This document shows positions 1 through 10,300 of a stretch of DNA of 64,000 nucleotides, one piece after another. The notes below the pieces were generated by a model. That model saw only the letters and a list, made by a program, of their open reading frames with translations, was not told where the DNA came from and ran no database searches. The DNA comes from Candidatus Poribacteria bacterium. Its GTDB lineage: Bacteria; Poribacteria; WGA-4E; WGA-3G. Location of the stretch: NCBI GenBank assembly GCA_965205025.1, contig CBDBFU010000002.1:64001-128000 (forward strand), given 5' to 3'. Each line of letters begins with the position of its first letter. The first letter of the stretch is position 1. Position numbers and translations under genes: made by a program.

Positions 1-59
1 AGAATAGCAGAATAAACGAAAACTAAATAACCCTAATATGTTCTGAGCAGATATTTTAC

Positions 60-88
60 TTGACACAAATCTATTTGTGATTTAATTT
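60..88 (+). promoter_or_regulatory. Putative sigma70 promoter overlapped by an inverted repeat (possible operator)
   Basis: TTGACA at 60-65 and TAATTT 17 nt downstream; CACAAAT-ct-ATTTGTG palindrome at 64-79 overlaps the -35 box and spacer; lies upstream of the PhyH gene. Confidence 0.4.
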
Positions 89-169
89 AGTGTGTAATAC
101 ATCAAGTCAACAAATGTGTAAGGAAAACTTCACAAGCAAACACGAGTCGATGCGCGAGGTTATGTATAG

Positions 170-977
170 ATGGGAATTCTAACGACAGATCAGCGTAAGC
201 AGTGGAAGACAGAGGGTTATCTCGTTTTGAAAGAAGTACTCTCGTTTGAAGAAGTGCAAGCTTTGAGAGCGACAGTAGATGAAATGGACGCGGGAGTTTC
301 GGAAAGGGGAGAACGTTACTGCGGATTCTGTTTTCGACAGGCGGAATGTGATGGAAGATAATGACATTTTTGTCAATCTGATGGATCATCCGGTGACATT
401 TCCGATCGTACGTGAGTTGTTAGGTGATTACATACAGTTGAGTATGTCCGAGGTTATCGTCCGTCCCCCGAATCCGAAAGACCAAGGTTATCTGCATACC
501 GACGGCGGACAAGCGATGCGAACTATTCGGGTCAGCAGATCGAGTTCACCACTGCAAGTCAAAATCCACTATTTCTTGACGGATCTTGAACGTCCAGACA
601 GTGGGAACTTCACCGTTGTGCCGGGTAGCCACAATCGGACTTTTCCAGCAACGGGAGTCAAGGACGGAGCCTATATCCCTGAAGCCATCCAGTTATGCGT
701 GAAAGCAGGAGATGCTGCCTTTTTTCCACACGCCTTATGGCACGGTGTTGTCGCAAATCGGTCAGAACAACCTCGAAAGACCTTGATCTATTGCTACAGC
801 CACCAGTGCTTCCGTCCCTTTGACTACGAAAAGGCAACACCAGAACTTATGGAGCGATGCACGCCTCGCCAACGTCGGTTAATTGGAGATATCGGTGATT
901 GGAAACCGGGTTCCTACTTCTATTCTCCAGGCGATCAAGAAAAGGTTATCGACGGATTAGAGGAAGTGGAAGATTAG
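170..977 (+). pseudogene. Phytanoyl-CoA dioxygenase (PhyH) family Fe(II)/2OG dioxygenase, split by a frameshift near 285-295
   Basis: ORF 170..361 has the typical N-terminus (QRKQWKTEGYLVLKEVLS). ORF 279..977 has HTD, VVPGSH and LWHG...N.S..PR motifs. One indel joins them; could be a sequencing error. Confidence 0.8.
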
Positions 978-1001
978 TCAGTCAATTTCAACGACGACAT
1001 A

Positions 1002-2021
1002 ATGATAAAAACAGAATCTCAATTAGAATCATATTTATCCGAACCGTCAGATGAAGTGATATCCGCTATTGCATCGCTTGAAGGCGATATTCTTATTCTG
1101 GGTGTTGGTGGTAAAATGGGACCGTCACTTGCTAAACAGGCAAAACGCGCTATTGATTCTGCGGGGATTGACAAAAAAGTTATAGGTGTTTCCCGCTTTT
1201 CGACCCCCGGTATTCAGTTGTCATTAATAGATGCAGGGATTGAGACTATTATCGCAAATCTACTCCGAGAAGATAATCTGAAAGACCTACCGGATATTCA
1301 AAATGTCATTTTTATGGCAGGTCGAAAGTTCGGATCAACTGATAACGAAGGTTTGACATGGGCAATAAACACCTATCTACCGGGACGTATTGCAGAAAAG
1401 TTCAGAGACTCTCGGTTAGTTGTTTTTTCTACAGGAAATGTGTATCCTTTGACACAAATTTCACACGGTGGTGCAACAGAATCTACAGAAGTAAATCCAA
1501 TTGGTGAATATGCGCAATCGTGTCTTGGGAGAGAACGGATATTTGAGCATTTCTCAGCACAATTCGGAACGCCGATGACTATTTTGCGTCTGAACTATGC
1601 AATTGATCTACGTTATGGTATACTACTCGACATAGCTGAGAAAGTATACGCTGAAGAACCAATTTCTCTTGAAATGGGACATGTAAATGTAATTTGGCAA
1701 AGGGATGCGAATGCTGTTGCTCTGCAATCTCTTGCACACTGCCAAACACCTCCACTGATTCTCAACGTAACTGGTCCTGAGATAATTTCTATTCGACATC
1801 TCGCCTTGCAATTTGGCGATATTTTCAACAAGACAATCCAACTTGAAGGTGAAGAATCTGAAACAGCATTACTTAGCAACGCGGGATTATGCCATCGGTT
1901 GTTTGGTTATCCACGAGTTTCGTTAGGGCAGATGATTGAATGGATTTCAGAGTGGGTGTTAAGTGGTGGGAAAACTTACGAAAAACCGACTCATTTTGAA
2001 GTGCGTGATGGGAGATTTTAA
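1002..2021 (+). CDS. NAD-dependent epimerase/dehydratase family protein
   Basis: Rossmann GVGGKMG, STGNVY and EYAQSCLGRE motifs; extended SDR layout. Confidence 0.85.
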   Translation: MIKTESQLESYLSEPSDEVISAIASLEGDILILGVGGKMGPSLAKQAKRAIDSAGIDKKVIGVSRFSTPGIQLSLIDAGIETIIANLLREDNLKDLPDIQNVIFMAGRKFGSTDNEGLTWAINTYLPGRIAEKFRDSRLVVFSTGNVYPLTQISHGGATESTEVNPIGEYAQSCLGRERIFEHFSAQFGTPMTILRLNYAIDLRYGILLDIAEKVYAEEPISLEMGHVNVIWQRDANAVALQSLAHCQTPPLILNVTGPEIISIRHLALQFGDIFNKTIQLEGEESETALLSNAGLCHRLFGYPRVSLGQMIEWISEWVLSGGKTYEKPTHFEVRDGRF

Positions 2022-2067
2022 GACTGAATTTGAATAATTCAGGACAATTAACCTAAATTGACAAAAA

Positions 2068-3033
2068 ATGCGAAACTTGTTAATATATCATATAGGTTTA
2101 ATACTATTATCCCTTAATGGGGTAGTAATTAATAACGCTTTTTCTAATGTAGTTCCACCAGTTCCTATTGTATTCGCTTCAGATATTAACGACAATTGGG
2201 AAATATACCTTACAGATTCAGACGGTAAGTTGCCTGTCAATCTCACACATAATCCTGAAGCGGATTACTATCCAATGTGGTCACCTGACACCACAAAAAT
2301 TGCCTTCTTCTCCCGTCGAGACGGTAATCATGAAATATATGTGATGCGGGTAGATGGGACACATCAGAGACGACTAACACACCATCCTGCAGCAGATAAA
2401 GCTCCATCATGGTCTCCTGATGGCAAACGTATAGTTTTTATCTCAAATAGGGAAGGTTTTTTTAATATCTATCTGCTTGAATTAGAGAGCGGAATAGTAG
2501 AACAAATTACGACTAACACCTTTGAAGATGAAGCACCGATCTGGTCTCCACATGGAGATTATTTAGTATTTCACTCAAAACGGAATCTAAACTGGGATAT
2601 CTATACAATAAATGTAAATACCCGTAAAGAACAAAGATTGACGAAACAGCGATTAATGGATACTTATCCTGCTTGGTCTCCTGATGGCAAACATATCGTA
2701 TACTCCTCTATGCGACAAGATGTTGATCAGGCAGATTTTGATCTTTATGTGATGGATGCTGCTGATGGTGGTAATAAAAAACCGCTAACAGATACATTAT
2801 TTGATGAAGCGGTACCGTCATGGTCACCGGATGGTAGCACAATTGCATTTCAATCCGAACAAGATGGTAGATGGGTAATTCATTTGATGAATGCTGACGG
2901 AAGTGATCGACGTGAACTAATTGACAATGGGGCATGGGCTGCACAACCAAAATGGCAACCTGATACCCAACAACTGCCTGTGAAACCTATATTTATTCAG
3001 GCACAACAATGGGGTAAACTTAAAACTCAATAA
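2068..3033 (+). CDS. Secreted TolB-like beta-propeller (PD40 repeats) with C-terminal WG motif
   Basis: Signal-peptide-like N-terminus; five PxWSP(D/H) repeats; ends QQWGKLKTQ. Confidence 0.85.
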   Translation: MRNLLIYHIGLILLSLNGVVINNAFSNVVPPVPIVFASDINDNWEIYLTDSDGKLPVNLTHNPEADYYPMWSPDTTKIAFFSRRDGNHEIYVMRVDGTHQRRLTHHPAADKAPSWSPDGKRIVFISNREGFFNIYLLELESGIVEQITTNTFEDEAPIWSPHGDYLVFHSKRNLNWDIYTINVNTRKEQRLTKQRLMDTYPAWSPDGKHIVYSSMRQDVDQADFDLYVMDAADGGNKKPLTDTLFDEAVPSWSPDGSTIAFQSEQDGRWVIHLMNADGSDRRELIDNGAWAAQPKWQPDTQQLPVKPIFIQAQQWGKLKTQ

Positions 3034-3080
3034 CAATAAATAAAAGTGTAATTTCTACACCTATATTTAGGAGATATATT

Positions 3081-3731
3081 ATGCAGACAAAGTTGTATCT
3101 ATTAGGGATTTTTCTTTTAGTCGGTTTTTTAATGGTAAACAATATCAGTTTCAGTTATGACCGTGCGTTTGAAGCAGAAAAAGCAGACACACTTGAGGCA
3201 CCAATGGTAGTAGCAGAAGAAGCCGAAGCATCTGATGGGAAATACATTTGGATGGAAGGTGAACCGGCAACTGGTGGTGGTGATCAAGGTTGGGCAGAAT
3301 ATAAACTTGATATTCCAACTGCCGGCACATACGCACTCTGGGCAAGAGTATTTGTGTGGGATGGAAATAGTGATTCCTTTTGGGTCACATGGCAACCTGC
3401 CGATCCAGATGAAGACGCACAACAAACCAAAAACACAGAATACCGTTGGAGTATTGGTAAGAAAAATGAATGGCATTGGGATCGAATCAACCACTGGTTA
3501 AATAGTGGGACATTCGACAGAGAATGGGATTTACCGGCTGGAGAATCCACTCTCCGTATTGCCGTTAGAGAAGATGGAGCTAAGTTAGATGTGGTTTTCC
3601 TTACTGACAATCTGTCTGCAGATGAAGCAGATGTCAATCCGCGCCTACCTGGACCTGAAGATAATACCACCCCTGTTGAAGCGAAAGAGAAACTTACGAC
3701 CACCTGGGGTAAAATAAAAAATCAGAGATAG
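3081..3731 (+). CDS. Secreted protein with putative carbohydrate-binding jelly-roll domain and C-terminal TTTWGKIK motif
   Basis: Signal peptide; FEAE, GTYALWARV, DSFWV and REDGAKLD pattern resembling CBM6/35-like domains; ends VEAKEKLTTTWGKIK. Confidence 0.65.
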   Translation: MQTKLYLLGIFLLVGFLMVNNISFSYDRAFEAEKADTLEAPMVVAEEAEASDGKYIWMEGEPATGGGDQGWAEYKLDIPTAGTYALWARVFVWDGNSDSFWVTWQPADPDEDAQQTKNTEYRWSIGKKNEWHWDRINHWLNSGTFDREWDLPAGESTLRIAVREDGAKLDVVFLTDNLSADEADVNPRLPGPEDNTTPVEAKEKLTTTWGKIKNQR

Positions 3732-3742
3732 AATAACTCAAG

Positions 3743-3768
3743 GAGAGTGGTAATTAATAGCCACTCTC
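3743..3768 (+). terminator. Intergenic hairpin
   Basis: GAGAGTGG-N10-CCACTCTC between the two paralogs; no clear U-tract. Confidence 0.35.
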
Positions 3769-3793
3769 ATTCTCAAATAGAAAGGAGTTCCTG

Positions 3794-4459
3794 ATGAAAA
3801 ATAGTATTTTACTTCTAATGGTTATATTTACAGTTGCCGTAATATTAAATCTTGAAGCTGAGGTAGAAATTGCTCTTGAAGCAGAATTAGCAAATGTCAT
3901 CCAAGCACCAATGGTAATAGCAGAAGATAAATTGGTATCTGATGGAAAATATGTTTGGATGGAAGGGGCACCGGCAACTGGTGGTGGTGATCAAGGTTGG
4001 GTAGAATTCATAATTAATCTACCTGAATCCGGAAAGTATGCACTCTGGGGACATACATTTGCATGGGATGGAAACAGTGACTCTTTCTGGGTGACTTGGC
4101 AACCTGCTGATCCAGATGAAAATGCTCAACAGACGAAAAACACACAGTATAGGTGGAGCATTGGCACTAAGAACGTATGGCATTGGGATCGAATCAATCA
4201 CTGGTTAAATGCTGGTACATTTGATAGAGAATGGAAGTTTGATAAAGCCGGTGAGACGGTTTTACGTATCGCTGTTCGTGAAGATGCAACGAAATTGGAT
4301 GCTATTTTCGTCACTTCAAATGAGAATGCGGTTGATTCAGGTGCTGCAAATGTGCGGCTTCCAACAGAAGAAGATCGGAAGAGACAGGTATCGGGATTAG
4401 CGGTTCATGCCAAAGGAAAGGCAACAACCACTTGGGGTTCACTGAAGATGGCATATTGA
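3794..4459 (+). CDS. Paralog of 3081..3731 (secreted CBM-like protein with TTTWG motif)
   Basis: Near-identical blocks (WMEGxPATGGGDQGW, WDGNSDSFWVTWQPADPDE, WHWDRINHWLN); ends KGKATTTWGSLK; AAGGAG RBS. Confidence 0.7.
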   Translation: MKNSILLLMVIFTVAVILNLEAEVEIALEAELANVIQAPMVIAEDKLVSDGKYVWMEGAPATGGGDQGWVEFIINLPESGKYALWGHTFAWDGNSDSFWVTWQPADPDENAQQTKNTQYRWSIGTKNVWHWDRINHWLNAGTFDREWKFDKAGETVLRIAVREDATKLDAIFVTSNENAVDSGAANVRLPTEEDRKRQVSGLAVHAKGKATTTWGSLKMAY

Positions 4460-4865
4460 TAGATCTCAAGAGTTCTTGTCTATCTGAAATATCATACATT
4501 GGAATATTCTGATCCAACAAATCAGATGTATCGTGATTAAGGAAAGAGGTGGAATAAGCCTTTTTCCTTATGAAACGATTGTTTAAAAACATGTAGAAAT
4601 GATCATGATAGTAATTGACACTCCACTTTTCAAATCCTCGTTCAAACTCAACTATTCTTTTTGGCGTACCAAGTTTGAATTGTAACTTCTCCCCCGTATG
4701 TCTATCCTGTCTAACAAGTGTGTGTGTCACATAAGCCAGTCCCGCCAGAATCCCAGCAAGAGTTAGTTTTCCTCTCAGTTTGACAGATATCCCTTCCGCA
4801 CGTATACTGAAACATCCTACCATACCAACTATTAATATAAGTGAAATTGCTTTATTTACTTTCAT
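4311..4865 (-). CDS. Hypothetical membrane/secreted protein; 3' end uncertain
   Basis: Hydrophobic N-terminus plus a second hydrophobic segment; last ~49 codons overlap the convergent gene. Confidence 0.45.
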   Translation of the reverse strand: MKVNKAISLILIVGMVGCFSIRAEGISVKLRGKLTLAGILAGLAYVTHTLVRQDRHTGEKLQFKLGTPKRIVEFERGFEKWSVNYYHDHFYMFLNNRFIRKKAYSTSFLNHDTSDLLDQNIPMYDISDRQELLRSINMPSSVNPKWLLPFLWHEPLIPIPVSSDLLLLEAAHLQHLNQPHSHLK

Positions 4866-4908
4866 TTCTTTTTATTTATGAAATATTACACTTTTATCTG
4901 TGTTATTC

Positions 4909-4937
4909 TTGACAAAAACTAATATAGTGGGTATCCT
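4909..4937 (+). promoter_or_regulatory. Putative sigma70 promoter for nadA
   Basis: TTGACA-N17-TATCCT about 150 nt upstream of the start. Confidence 0.45.
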
Positions 4938-5088
4938 AATAAGAATAATGAAGATTTGCTAATAAAGTCTGTATGCATCCATACACTTATTATACCTAAT
5001 TAGCGGTATTTAAGGAATTACGGATTCAAACAGTACAGTTGATAAATACCTTCAACATCCATTAGCGAAAACTTGGAGCGTGATTAGC

Positions 5089-6207
5089 ATGCATCCTACG
5101 GGAAAAACTCCCAATGCAGAGAAACCCCTGAATGGTAGTAAGGAACTGTCACTTGAGGACGTTAAAACCGAGTTACATAAACGACACCACCCGAGTTTAA
5201 CATCACTTGATATAGAAGCACACGCAAGAACTGTTCATAAGATACGAATATTAAAAGAAAAGCATGACGTTGTGATGTTAGGACACAACTACATGGAACC
5301 TTTAGTATTTGGTTTATCCACGAAGGAGGAACAAGGTGACTCGTTAGGGTTGAGTATGTTTGCTGCGAAAACAGAAGCACCGTATCTCATCTTTAATGGG
5401 GTACCATTTATGGCAGAAACAGCTAAAATATTGAGTCCGGACAAAACTGTTTTAGTTGCAGATAAAACCGCTGGTTGTTCATTGGCAGATAACTTCGGTG
5501 CCGAAGATGTAAAGAAGTTAAAAGAACTATATCCTGGTGCCCCAGTAATGATTTATGTAAATAGTTATGCGGATGCCAAAGCAGAATCAGATATTTGTTG
5601 TACGTCTGCAAATGCTGCCCACATTGCAAAAACCATGCCTGGAGATACAATAATATTCGTACCTGACATTTTCTTCGCCCAAAACTTAGAAGAAGAGTTG
5701 AAGGGGGAGAAAAACGTGGTATACCCAGGTAAAGACAATACCGCGCGTGGTGCTGTCTGTGAAGTACATGAACGATTTACTCTGACAGATTTAGTTGCAA
5801 TCCGAGAATCCTTCGAGATTCCAAAAGGACATGAGCGCAGGAAATTATATGCCCACTGGGAATGCCGTCCAGATGTTCTAAAAGAAGCAGACTTCTACGG
5901 TAGCACAAGTCAAATCATGAAGGATATAGCTGTCCGAGTAGAAAAGGATCAATTAGAACGAGCATTTGTTGCCTCAGAGTGTGAATTAACCTCCAATTTA
6001 TCTCAAGAATTTCCACAAGTAGAGTTTTGGACAGCCTGCTCGGTACGATGTTCACACATGGCAAAAGTTCGCTTAGATAAAATTGCTAATATCTTAGAAG
6101 CGATTGATAACGGTGATGATCTTGACGAATACGAAGTGACATTGGATGCGGATGTTATTGATAAAGCGCGGTTACCGATAGAACGAATGCTTGAAGCAAG
6201 TGTGTAG
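5089..6207 (+). CDS. nadA: Quinolinate synthase A
   Basis: GHNY, GDSL, FMAETAKIL, AGCSLA, YVNS, CCTSANA, CEVH, AHWEC and CSHM motifs; ATG at 5089 follows GGAG. Confidence 0.93.
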   Translation: MHPTGKTPNAEKPLNGSKELSLEDVKTELHKRHHPSLTSLDIEAHARTVHKIRILKEKHDVVMLGHNYMEPLVFGLSTKEEQGDSLGLSMFAAKTEAPYLIFNGVPFMAETAKILSPDKTVLVADKTAGCSLADNFGAEDVKKLKELYPGAPVMIYVNSYADAKAESDICCTSANAAHIAKTMPGDTIIFVPDIFFAQNLEEELKGEKNVVYPGKDNTARGAVCEVHERFTLTDLVAIRESFEIPKGHERRKLYAHWECRPDVLKEADFYGSTSQIMKDIAVRVEKDQLERAFVASECELTSNLSQEFPQVEFWTACSVRCSHMAKVRLDKIANILEAIDNGDDLDEYEVTLDADVIDKARLPIERMLEASV

Positions 6208-6256
6208 AGAATATATTTACTCCACACGATAAAATACATTTACGATTTATATTTTT

Positions 6257-6303
6257 AAACATAATGGGAAGCATGAATTTCATGCTTCCCATTATGTTTT
6301 TCA
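6257..6303. terminator. Bidirectional intrinsic terminator
   Basis: Perfect 21-bp inverted repeat AAACATAATGGGAAGCATGAA / TTCATGCTTCCCATTATGTTT between convergent nadA and PorV-like genes. Confidence 0.85.
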
Positions 6304-6364
6304 GTCAAAAAATAGAGAGTTTATGAACTACATAACCCTTTGTTGGAATATCTTTGATTGACTA

Positions 6365-7339
6365 TTAGAATCTTGTGATAACAGAGATTCTATGCGAATT
6401 CCCAACATAAGCGTCTGGAACAAAAGCATAATCAAATTGGAAGTCAATACCTGCTAATGAGTCCATGCCACTACGTCTTACACCCAGTCCGATTGACAAT
6501 CCGTCATTTGGGTTTTCATTTAATCCCACTCGATATCCAACACGTGCAGCAACGCTATTGAAAAACCATCGTTCGATACCGAGATGGAAACTTGGGTTGG
6601 CATCAATGAGTGGGAGATATGCATCTGCAACAAATGCCCAGACATCTTGATTCAACATAACATCTTCAGTGTCTGATTGTTGTTCATCCCATATTCTGTA
6701 AGCGAGTCCAGCACGAAGTGCCATCGGTAAATTTTCCTCTCCGCTCAATACACCTGCATTCTGCACAGTAAGTCCAACACCTAAATGATTGTCTATTAAT
6801 CGTAAAATTACACCGATATCCGCTCCGATACCATATATATTTTGTATATCCAATTGTTGTGATATTAACTTTGCAGTACCTCCGATTGAAGCCATGTTAC
6901 CAAGTGGGTACGCAAGAGATAACCCTGTAGCAAACCCACCAACCGTAACTGTGCTATCCGGGGTTTCAGTTGGTCCAATACGGCGTTCAATTTCAGTAAA
7001 ACTACCGAGAAAACTCGCTCCCCAGACCAATTGATTCGCGCGTTGTGCATACCCAATAGATTGATTGTTGATGTCAACAAACGAGAAATGCTGCATAGCC
7101 GTTAATTCTCGCGTTTGTACTGTTGTTAAACCCGCCGGATTCCAAAAAATAGTGTTAATATCATTGGCAAGTCCTGCGAATGCCCCACCCATACCGACAG
7201 GTCTGCTACCGGGTTCAATTTTGAGAAATGCCGCACCTGCCGTACCAGCACTATCATGGATATTATCAGCTGCATTACTATAGGGAATACACCATAGCAT
7301 ACAAAAAATAACGACGACTATAACCACACTCTTGTGCAT
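6365..7339 (-). CDS. PorV/PorQ family (UPF0164) outer-membrane beta-barrel
   Basis: Signal peptide, then FLKIEPGSRPVGMGGAF...WNPAGL; C-terminal DYAFVP...HRISVITRF with terminal Phe. Confidence 0.85.
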   Translation of the reverse strand: MHKSVVIVVVIFCMLWCIPYSNAADNIHDSAGTAGAAFLKIEPGSRPVGMGGAFAGLANDINTIFWNPAGLTTVQTRELTAMQHFSFVDINNQSIGYAQRANQLVWGASFLGSFTEIERRIGPTETPDSTVTVGGFATGLSLAYPLGNMASIGGTAKLISQQLDIQNIYGIGADIGVILRLIDNHLGVGLTVQNAGVLSGEENLPMALRAGLAYRIWDEQQSDTEDVMLNQDVWAFVADAYLPLIDANPSFHLGIERWFFNSVAARVGYRVGLNENPNDGLSIGLGVRRSGMDSLAGIDFQFDYAFVPDAYVGNSHRISVITRF

Positions 7340-7375
7340 TATCTATCTCCTTTTCTGTTTTCCGTTATTGATGCC

Positions 7376-10300
7376 TTAGTCAACGACAAGTATCTTGCCG
7401 ACGGCGTTGGCGCGATTCCCTGCTCCATTGACTGCTTCTAAACGGAACACGTAAAGGCCACGCGCTACAGGGGTTCCAGATTGATTTTCCAAATTCCATT
7501 TTATATGTGTATCACTCCGTTCGCCGGGGATAATATCTGTGTATGTTTTGGAGTAAACCAAATCTCCACCCCAATCATAGATATACAAAACCAATTCAAT
7601 ATTCTCTTCAGCCGCTGCGTTTAGATCGAAAGAGAAGAAGGCAACATCACTCTTTGAGTGTCGTAATGGATTTGGCCATCCGAAGGTGTTTCCACTGAAA
7701 GAGAAGGAAACCGACATGGTATATTCACCAATGTCATAAACAGCGAAGTTTCCTGCTTTATCTGTAACTCTGAGATCTAAATCATACTCACCAGATCGTG
7801 TAGGTAGAAAGTCTGCTGTCCACCTACTCCACGGTTGTTCTTGTGCGTCACTCTCATCCACTGCCGGAACGGGTTCAATAGGTTGTCCATCCGGACCTGT
7901 CCCAACAATCTCCACCAACCAAACACCCGATGCCGGTATAGGAATCTCCCCATCTCCTTGTTGGGGAGGGACTCTACGGACACCTTGCGGATCGGTCGCA
8001 GTTCCTTGAAAGGGTATAGGTGCATCGGTGAGTTCTGTTTTCCCACCATCGTCTGTGACCACACCGCTCGGCTCTGTGGTTTCATATAGGAACTCCGTAG
8101 TGATGGAGCCTTTAGGAGCAAACCCAAGCAATTCAGAGTCATTACCTATACCTGTAACATTAACCTGATATATGCCTTCTATAGGTAATCCATCAGATTT
8201 GAAAATGATCGTATCCACACCGTTCTGATGTGTAGTGCCTGATACCTCTTGTCCGTTTGGATTTGTAATTATAATTTTCGACTGTGATAGATTAACTCCT
8301 AAGCCTGTATCGGTAACACTTGCTTGTACGACAACACCACCTGTGGTGGATATTGCACTGGGATAATCTTCAGCAGTAATATCCGTTAGTAAAGGCAGAT
8401 CATTAAGGAGAAGTGAGTTAGGATCTATAACAGGCGGACTTGTATCATAGGTGAACACCTTTTCATAAGTTTCTTCACCATTCCCTGCTTGGTCTACTGG
8501 TGTAACTTCAATTCGGTATTTCCCATCTGCGGACCCGTTGTCTGCCAACGGTACAGTAAGTCGGAAAATAAGGTTATTTTGTTCATCAAAAGACACTCGT
8601 CCCTCTATTTCCGTTGCATTTGGTGAAACACGTTCAAAGTTGATCCAATCTTCATCAAGATTCTCCCAATCAATACCGGATTGGTTATCCGTAATCGCAA
8701 CCTTTATTTCAATAAGCGAATTGTTAACTTCTGGTTCAGAGACAACCAAAGTTATGGCTTCGGATTCAATTTCCGGTACCTGTGTATCGTAAGTGAAAGT
8801 CAACTGTTGGACTTCACCACTCCGTCCAGAAGCACTAATCGGGGTGAACTCAATTGTATATATACCATCCTCAGATCCATCTGTCGCAAGTGGGCGAATA
8901 AGTGTATATACCAATCGACCAGATGAACGTTGTTGTTGTCCTGCTACAACCTGTCCATCGGCATTTAGTAAACGAAGTGTGGACAAATGATTGTCATCAG
9001 TTGTCTCAAGTCTAACCTCAACTTGGTCAACTTCTTCATTTGTATATGCTTCCTCTGCGGGGGCAGTGACTGGTAATGTTGAGAGGACTGCGGGTAATCG
9101 CCTTGATAATAGGAAACTATTTTCAAATACTGAATTACTTCCATTCCCTGCTCTGTCGACAGCTTGAACCCGTATCTCATACCGACCATCTGCTACAAGT
9201 TGATTAGTACGGAGTGTCAATTGCGTTCTACCATTACTCGTCAACTCACCAGAAATCGTGTCTCCATTAGGATCGACTAAGGTCACAGTTGTTAATGTCC
9301 AATCTATCCCACTATCACCTCTATCATTCAAATTCACTTGTATCTGTGTGATGTCCTCAGTAAGTTGTGCACCATTGGCTGGGACTGTACTCACAAGTGT
9401 CGGTGCCTGTGTGTCGTAGATTATTGGATGTTCAAGGGCTAATACGTTCCCCGCTTTATCAGAAAAATCGGTTACAACGGTGTATTCTCCATCTCTACTA
9501 CCATCAAGGGGTAAAGACTCATCTAATGTAAGATACAATTGGTTATTAGAATCATGTGTTAATTGTGTAGAAATAAGTGCACCACTCTGATTTCGGAGGC
9601 TAACTTTCTGGTCATCAAGTATTATATCTGCTGGACCAACATCCTGTAATGTAAAACTAAGTTGTGTCAAACTATCACTAATATAAGACACAGGTTGGCT
9701 TAGATTAATAGGAGAGGCAGAAGTAATTTCCGGTTCTTGAGTATCATAAATGAACTCTCGGTACCCAGTATTACCAGAACGTCCCTTTTTATCTACAGGG
9801 GTGACATATACTGCATATCTACCATCAGAACTTCCATCAGTAGAAAGGGTTATCGGTTCCCATACAAGTAAATCTGTTCCATTCGTTGCAGTTGATCCTC
9901 GTACAATGATATTATCAAGGGTTGCTACCAATATATTCGAGCCGGTGGTAACATCAAAAGATAAACCTGTTTCTGCTGGATCAAGTAAGTTGGCAATGAT
10001 TCTCAAGTTATCCGCATTAACATAAGCAATGTCCCCACTTCCCAAAGTTACAGTATCACCAATTACGATAGATTCGATTTCTGGAAGGATAAACTCAAGT
10101 ATAAATGAGTATTGGATTGGATTCTGTGCAGTATTTCCCGCCACATCTTGTGGAATTAAAGTTAGCGTATACTGACCAATCTGCGTTAAACCAACAAAAT
10201 TCAATGTTAGTTGGGAAACACCGTCATTTTCTAAGTTTATTGGAATTGTTGCGTCATCAGGATCAAGTAGGGATACGGTTGTATTAGTAAAGTCAACCAA

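Noticed and set aside
4311-4459. Functional antisense coding overlap of 149 nt
   Set aside because: The overlapping tail has no recognisable features and probably reflects a lost stop or frameshift in the minus-strand ORF
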